From the NCBI GenBank assembly GCA_038217285.1, contig JBBQPO010000227.1:1-10207 (forward strand): 10,207 bases of DNA, read 5' to 3'. Shown piece after piece: positions 6,283-10,207 of this stretch (position 1 is its first letter; each line of letters begins with the position of its first letter). The position numbers were made by a program, and so were the translations under genes. A model generated the notes under the pieces. The model searched no databases and had not been told where the DNA came from. It saw nothing but the letters and a program-made list of their open reading frames with translations. This stretch comes from Chthonomonadales bacterium. Lineage in GTDB: Bacteria; Armatimonadota; Chthonomonadetes; Chthonomonadales; Chthonomonadaceae.

Positions 6283-7032
6283 TCACTTTGCCGCTGCACG
6301 TTGCGGCTCTCTGCCTAAGAGGTAGCGCAGATAGAGTTCGCTGCCATCCCGATAGAGCGAAAGGAGAGTCAGCTTCAGGGCGATATTCGGCGGAAAACCG
6401 CTCCCATCCACGGGCGTCGGCAGGTGGGCGCCCCCTTTGAGTTTCGGGGCCAGCGTTAGAAACAGTTCGTCGGCGAGGCCTGCCCGAATCAGTTGGTCGT
6501 TGAGCGTCGCGCCGCCTTCACAGAGCAGGTAACGAACGCCAAGATTTTGCCGTAGATGCTTCATTGCCGCCGCCAGATCGACGTCACCCTGCCCTACCAG
6601 CACTACGTTCGTCGCCGATTTCAGTTTCGCCGCGACTTCCGGTGGCAGCGTGGTAGGGGCAAGGACATAGGCTTTTTGCGGCGCATCCGTAAAAAAACGG
6701 TTTGTCAGCGGCACGTCGCCCGTGCGCGTCACCACGAAACGCGCGATCTCCGGCGGATAGAGCACCTGGCTGGCCCGCAGCGTCGTACTGCCCAACAGCG
6801 CGCCGTCGCACGTATGCTGCAGTCGCCGAAACAGCACCTGATCGGTCAGGCCGCCGACGCCCTTCGCGGTCCCACCCGGCTCCCCGACGACGATCTTGCC
6901 ATCGACCGTCGCGGCCATATTGATGTAGAGGTAGGGCCTCTCCTCCGGCGGATCCGGACGCTCTAACGTCAGGTAGAGCGCATCCGGTTCCGGAGGATTC
7001 GCCGTCTCATCCAGCAGGCACTGTAGAGGCAT
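6283..7032 (-). CDS. Stand-alone RibD C-terminal-domain (DHFR-fold) NADPH reductase, Rv2671/Rib7-like; no deaminase domain
   Basis: RPYLYINMAATVDGK, DGALLGSTTLR, LLCEGGATLN, DELFLTLAPKLKGG. Start placed at ATG 7032 because the track's start (7104) lies inside the MITE. Confidence 0.88.
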   Translation of the reverse strand: MPLQCLLDETANPPEPDALYLTLERPDPPEERPYLYINMAATVDGKIVVGEPGGTAKGVGGLTDQVLFRRLQHTCDGALLGSTTLRASQVLYPPEIARFVVTRTGDVPLTNRFFTDAPQKAYVLAPTTLPPEVAAKLKSATNVVLVGQGDVDLAAAMKHLRQNLGVRYLLCEGGATLNDQLIRAGLADELFLTLAPKLKGGAHLPTPVDGSGFPPNIALKLTLLSLYRDGSELYLRYLLGREPQRAAAK

Positions 7033-7053
7033 CACGAAACTCTCTTTCCAAGA

Positions 7054-7281
7054 GTTGACGTTTAGACTAAATTGAACCTTCAAGTGCGGCCTCATCGAAG
7101 GCAAATGAGATCAAAAAGCATTTCGCGAACGTATTGCCAGGAATTTATGGCGTGTTAGGTGTAGCCCGTTCGCTGTACCAGAGTGCCATAAATCCATAGC
7201 ATTTCATTAGAGTTAGGGTTTCCGATCTCAAATCGTCTGTGAACGCCATTTCGGACGGGCGAAAATAGTCTAAACGTCAAC
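7054..7281. mobile_element. 228-bp non-autonomous MITE with perfect 16-bp TIRs and 5-bp target-site duplication
   Basis: GTTGACGTTTAGACTA (7054-7069) and its exact reverse complement TAGTCTAAACGTCAAC (7266-7281); CAAGA directly flanks both ends (7049-7053, 7282-7286); more AT-rich than the flanking genes; no transposase ORF. Confidence 0.88.
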
Positions 7282-7291
7282 CAAGAGGGAA

Positions 7292-8458
7292 TCAGAAAGC
7301 AGGACGTTCCCACTGGCGGGACTGCACGGACTTATCCACCGCTTCGAGAACTGCCTGATTTTTGAGGCCGTCTTCGAAGTCGGGCGTGAACTGTTCGCCC
7401 TTGCCGATGGCCTGGAACAGGTCTTTCATCATGTTGATGAAGGTGTGCTCGTAGCCGATGATGTGCGCGACTGGCCAGTAGCCCTCCATATAGGGCATGA
7501 AGTTCTCGGTGGCCTGGATGGTGTGGAAACCCTGCAGACCCTGTGGATCGTCGGTCAGGTAGATCTCGATCTCGTTCATGCGCTCCAGGTTGAAGGCGAT
7601 GCTGCCCTTCTCCCCGTTGATCTCCCAGCGGTTGTAGTTTTTGCGGCCGGGCGCGAGGCGGGTGGCCTCGAAGGTCGCGGTCGCGCCGTTGTTGAAGCGG
7701 GCCAGAAACGCGGTCACGTCGTCTACGGTCACATCGCCCATCTCGCCGGACGCTTTGAATCCGGTCAAGCCGCCGTCTGTGTCGGCGAGCAGCGGACGCT
7801 TCTTGATAAAAGTCTCCGCCAGCCCGATCACCTCGGTAAACTCTGCGCCCATGACAAAGCGGGCGGTGTCGATCAGATGGGCGTTCAGATCGCCGTGCGA
7901 GCCGCTGCCCGCGATGTTCTTGTCCAGTCGCCAGACCAGGGGCACGCTCGGATCGAGGATCCAGTCCTGGAGGTAGGTGCCGCGGAAGTGGCGAATCGCG
8001 CCGAGTTTGCCGTCGCGTACCATCTGCGCCGCCATGGCGATGGCCGGAGCTTTCCGGTAGTTATGGCAGATGCCGTTGATCAGTCCCGTCTGTTTGGCAA
8101 CGTCGTAGGAGGCTTTGGCATCCGCGACCGAGATGGCGAGGGGTTTCTCACAGAGAACGTGTTTCCCGGCTTTCAGCGCGGCCTGGGAGATGGCGGCGTG
8201 GGTGTCGTTCGGCGTTCCGATGTCGATCAGGTCGATGTCGGGGCGCTGAATAACCTCTTCCCAGCTCGTGGCATACTCCTGCCAGCCGAAGTTCTCCGCC
8301 GCCGCCTTGACCTTATGTTCGCTGCGCCCGACCAGAACCTTCATCACAGGCTCGACATCGAGGTCGAAAAACCGGCCCACCTGCCGATACGCGTTGCTAT
8401 GCGCCTTTCCCATAAATTGATAACCGATGAGAGCGACGTTGATCTTCCTTTTAGCCAT
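7292..8458 (-). CDS. Gfo/Idh/MocA family NAD(P)-dependent oxidoreductase (levoglucosan-dehydrogenase-like clade)
   Basis: INVALIGYQFMGKAHS (Rossmann fold), IGTPNDTH, CEKPLA, FRGTYLQDW, GSGSHGDLNAHLID, IGYEHTF. ATG 8458 follows GGAGG at 8470-8474; the track's ATG 8476 overlaps that RBS. Confidence 0.93.
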   Translation of the reverse strand: MAKRKINVALIGYQFMGKAHSNAYRQVGRFFDLDVEPVMKVLVGRSEHKVKAAAENFGWQEYATSWEEVIQRPDIDLIDIGTPNDTHAAISQAALKAGKHVLCEKPLAISVADAKASYDVAKQTGLINGICHNYRKAPAIAMAAQMVRDGKLGAIRHFRGTYLQDWILDPSVPLVWRLDKNIAGSGSHGDLNAHLIDTARFVMGAEFTEVIGLAETFIKKRPLLADTDGGLTGFKASGEMGDVTVDDVTAFLARFNNGATATFEATRLAPGRKNYNRWEINGEKGSIAFNLERMNEIEIYLTDDPQGLQGFHTIQATENFMPYMEGYWPVAHIIGYEHTFINMMKDLFQAIGKGEQFTPDFEDGLKNQAVLEAVDKSVQSRQWERPAF

Positions 8459-8551
8459 AGGGTCAGGTTCCTCCATTAAAAAAGTTCATGTTTCCGTTGG
8501 TGCTAACGGCGCATACGGGGATGGCGAAACCGCCGCGCGTATGTTCGCCAC

Positions 8552-8593
8552 AAGAAAAGCAATTCCCTCTCTGTGCGAAACGCAGGAGAGGGA
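8552..8593 (-). terminator. Possible intrinsic terminator (or REP-like hairpin) downstream of the 206-aa gene
   Basis: Stem TCCCTCTC(8564-8571)/GAGAGGGA(8586-8593) with inner TGCG-AAA-CGCA, followed on the minus strand by ATTGCTTTTCTT, an imperfect U tract. Confidence 0.45.
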
Positions 8594-8669
8594 GCAAGGC
8601 TTCCGCCGTACCGGTCGCTCCGCGACCAGCCGTCTTCGGCGCTACCGTTTGAGACCTGTGCCGTTTCAT

Positions 8670-9290
8670 CTACAGCATCTCGCTCGAGAGCAGCAAGGAG
8701 TCCAGTCGTCCGTTCGAAAACCGGAGTGTCGCTTCGTAGAGAAACCGGGCGCGCTTGCCGCGCCTGGAGACGCGGACCTCTTTGCGCAAGGTCAACGTAT
8801 CCGGAGTGATCGTCGGTTTGTGCGTCTCCGCAGACAGCACGGCCAGACATGCCGTCGGCGTCATGCCGACCCGCAGGCTCTTCCACACGCCCACCCCCGA
8901 CTTCACGAACTCCCTTGTGTCGCCGAGTTGGCCGCGCCACTCTGAGAAGACCAGGGTATCGAGAATGTAGCCTTCCTTCCCGCGATCAAAGCCATCCGAT
9001 CGCAGTTGCAGGCCGTTATGAAAGTACCAGACCCGCCCGCTATTGGAGTGCCCGCCGATCGTTACCTCGGCGTCGCCTAATCGACGCTCCAGATCTCTCT
9101 CGGCGGTCACCCCCAGTCGGACGTTCAGCGCCCGCATAAACGACGGATAAACGGGCGAACTCGCGCCTGCCTGGCGCTCCTGCGCTGCGGAAATATCGGC
9201 AGCAGGGCGGAAAAGCAGCAGCCCGCCACCCGCCGCGATCAGCCCTATACCGCCCCGCCAGACCCGTCGTTTTACTTTTATTCGATCCAT
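8670..9290 (-). CDS. Exported or membrane-anchored hypothetical protein with two tandem SmpA/OmlA/BLIP-like units (206 aa)
   Basis: Basic N-terminus followed by hydrophobic GGIGLIAAGGGLLLF; two units starting VRLGVT and LRVGMT and ending EGYILDTLVF and NGRLDSLLL. RBS is weak. Confidence 0.7.
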   Translation of the reverse strand: MDRIKVKRRVWRGGIGLIAAGGGLLLFRPAADISAAQERQAGASSPVYPSFMRALNVRLGVTAERDLERRLGDAEVTIGGHSNSGRVWYFHNGLQLRSDGFDRGKEGYILDTLVFSEWRGQLGDTREFVKSGVGVWKSLRVGMTPTACLAVLSAETHKPTITPDTLTLRKEVRVSRRGKRARFLYEATLRFSNGRLDSLLLSSEML

Positions 9291-9490
9291 CGACTGTCCG
9301 TTCTATCCCGTGCGCTGGCATATCGAAGAATGAAAGCGAGAGTCAGGAAGCGCCGTTCTTTGTAACGGGCAGCGGCTTGAGACGATCCACGTAGGAAGAG
9401 ACCCGCCTCACAGCGTCTCGTCATCCATCCGGTCATTAAACTCACTGGACTTGTACCGATCTCAGAGGGTCAGAGCCTCGGAGCATACGT

Positions 9491-10087
9491 TCAATGGTGC
9501 CGCTTTGCACCGGTCTCTTTCGGCAGAAGAGCAAACATTACAGGCGAATCGCCCACGTATTTTGCGACGTTTATCATGGGTACTGGGTCGCCGTACATAC
9601 AGCACTTCGCTCCACGTTTCAGCAACAAAACCGTCAGCGTCGTATCGTCGGAGAGGATCGCGCAGTAGAGCATGGATAGTCCGTTGCGCGTTTCCGCATT
9701 GGGGTTAGCGCCATGCGCCAGCAGGAGTGTTATGCAGTTGGAGTTGTTATTTTCAAAATACGGAGCATTGCACACCGCTACTCCTATGAGAGGGACGTCA
9801 TACTCGTCTTTCTGGTTCACGTTGGCGCCATGAGCGAGCAGTTCTCGAACGATCTCGGTGGGATCGGTCAACTGACCTCTTTCATGAACATTTGCATCTA
9901 CCTCGAAAGCAGCCTGTAACGGCGTCAATGCTCCTGCTACCGACGGAGCATATCCCCCCTGCAGATAGTCCAGCCACCTGCGCCAGAAGGGACGATTGTC
10001 CACGCGGAGTTCACGAGCGTTCGCATTCGCGAAGCCACCGAGCAGGGTGCGAACCGCGACAGCATCTATAGTGGTCGGGTTTGTCAA
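9491..10087 (-). CDS. Ankyrin-repeat protein, probably 5'-truncated or pseudogenised
   Basis: IVRELLAHGANVNQKD, ITLLLAHGANPNAE, LLLKRGAK, TPLQAA. TTG start without a convincing RBS; the frame extends upstream (LKNGLIRV) to an in-frame TAA at 10112-10114. Confidence 0.75.
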   Translation of the reverse strand: MTNPTTIDAVAVRTLLGGFANANARELRVDNRPFWRRWLDYLQGGYAPSVAGALTPLQAAFEVDANVHERGQLTDPTEIVRELLAHGANVNQKDEYDVPLIGVAVCNAPYFENNNSNCITLLLAHGANPNAETRNGLSMLYCAILSDDTTLTVLLLKRGAKCCMYGDPVPMINVAKYVGDSPVMFALLPKETGAKRHH

Positions 10088-10132
10088 GACACGGATCAGA
10101 CCATTTTTAAGTTAGATCCGTCTCCTTTCTGT

Positions 10133-10191
10133 GGGAACTTGTTCCCTCGGTCGATTGAGGTGGGATAACCTCGGGGAATCGTCACGTGACG
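10133..10191. repeat. REP-like palindrome cluster
   Basis: GGGAAC-TT-GTTCCC (10133-10146), GAGGT-GGGATA-ACCTC (10157-10172), perfect 12-bp palindrome CGTCACGTGACG (10180-10191). Confidence 0.5.
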
Positions 10192-10207
10192 CTTCCGACA
10201 GCGAGCG

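Noticed and set aside
1963-6325. Long plus-strand ORFs (1963-3135, 3198-4832, 4616-6325; also 7445-8479)
   Set aside because: They are antisense shadows of well-supported minus-strand genes, expected from high-GC codon bias; Arg/Ala/Gly-rich with no recognisable motifs.
7055-7090. TTGACG in the MITE TIRs as a sigma70 -35 box
   Set aside because: There is no -10-like hexamer 16-18 bp downstream at either end.
7033-7104. N-terminal extension of the RibD-like ORF in the track
   Set aside because: Most of it is MITE and target-duplication sequence; ATG 7032 restores normal operon spacing.
7054-7281. Integron attC site interpretation of the long imperfect palindrome
   Set aside because: The ends read GTT...AAC, the opposite order to attC (RYYYAAC...GTTRRRY); it is longer than typical attC sites and has a target-site duplication.
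9291-9490. Intergenic region with short inverted repeats (CCGTT/AACGG, GAGACG/CGTCTC)
   Set aside because: The stems are too short to exceed chance; no clear promoter, terminator or ORF.
1-10207. CRISPR array, tRNA, rRNA, kinase or transposase gene
   Set aside because: No regularly spaced repeats, RNA-gene signatures or corresponding protein motifs were seen in the window.

Overview
GC-rich bacterial window in which all eight credible genes lie on the minus strand. The protein style suggests Armatimonadota, but that is only a guess. In transcription order (right to left) the genes are: a probably 5'-damaged ankyrin-repeat gene; an exported hypothetical protein with two similar alpha/beta units; a Gfo/Idh/MocA oxidoreductase resembling levoglucosan dehydrogenase; a stand-alone RibD C-terminal-domain reductase; bifunctional NAD(P)HX repair enzyme Nnr; and three signalling genes. 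These three encode (i) a signal peptide-ectodomain-TM-FHA receptor-like protein translationally coupled to nnr, (ii) a 6-TM Gly-rich membrane protein with a degenerate FHA, a Cys4 knuckle, a PGFG-repeat linker and a canonical FHA, and (iii) a vWA/MIDAS protein that the ORF track missed because it runs off the left edge, whose disordered N-tail carries repeated RTQ[IM] threonine motifs resembling FHA-docking phosphosites. Non-coding highlights are a 228-bp MITE (perfect 16-bp terminal inverted repeats, 5-bp CAAGA target duplication, symmetric along its length) inserted between the oxidoreductase and ribD-like genes, two REP-like hairpin clusters, and a hairpin-dense leader upstream of the oxidoreductase. 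The best candidate for an undescribed system is the FHA-receptor / FHA-membrane-scaffold / phospho-Thr vWA module. No kinase or phosphatase is visible in this window.
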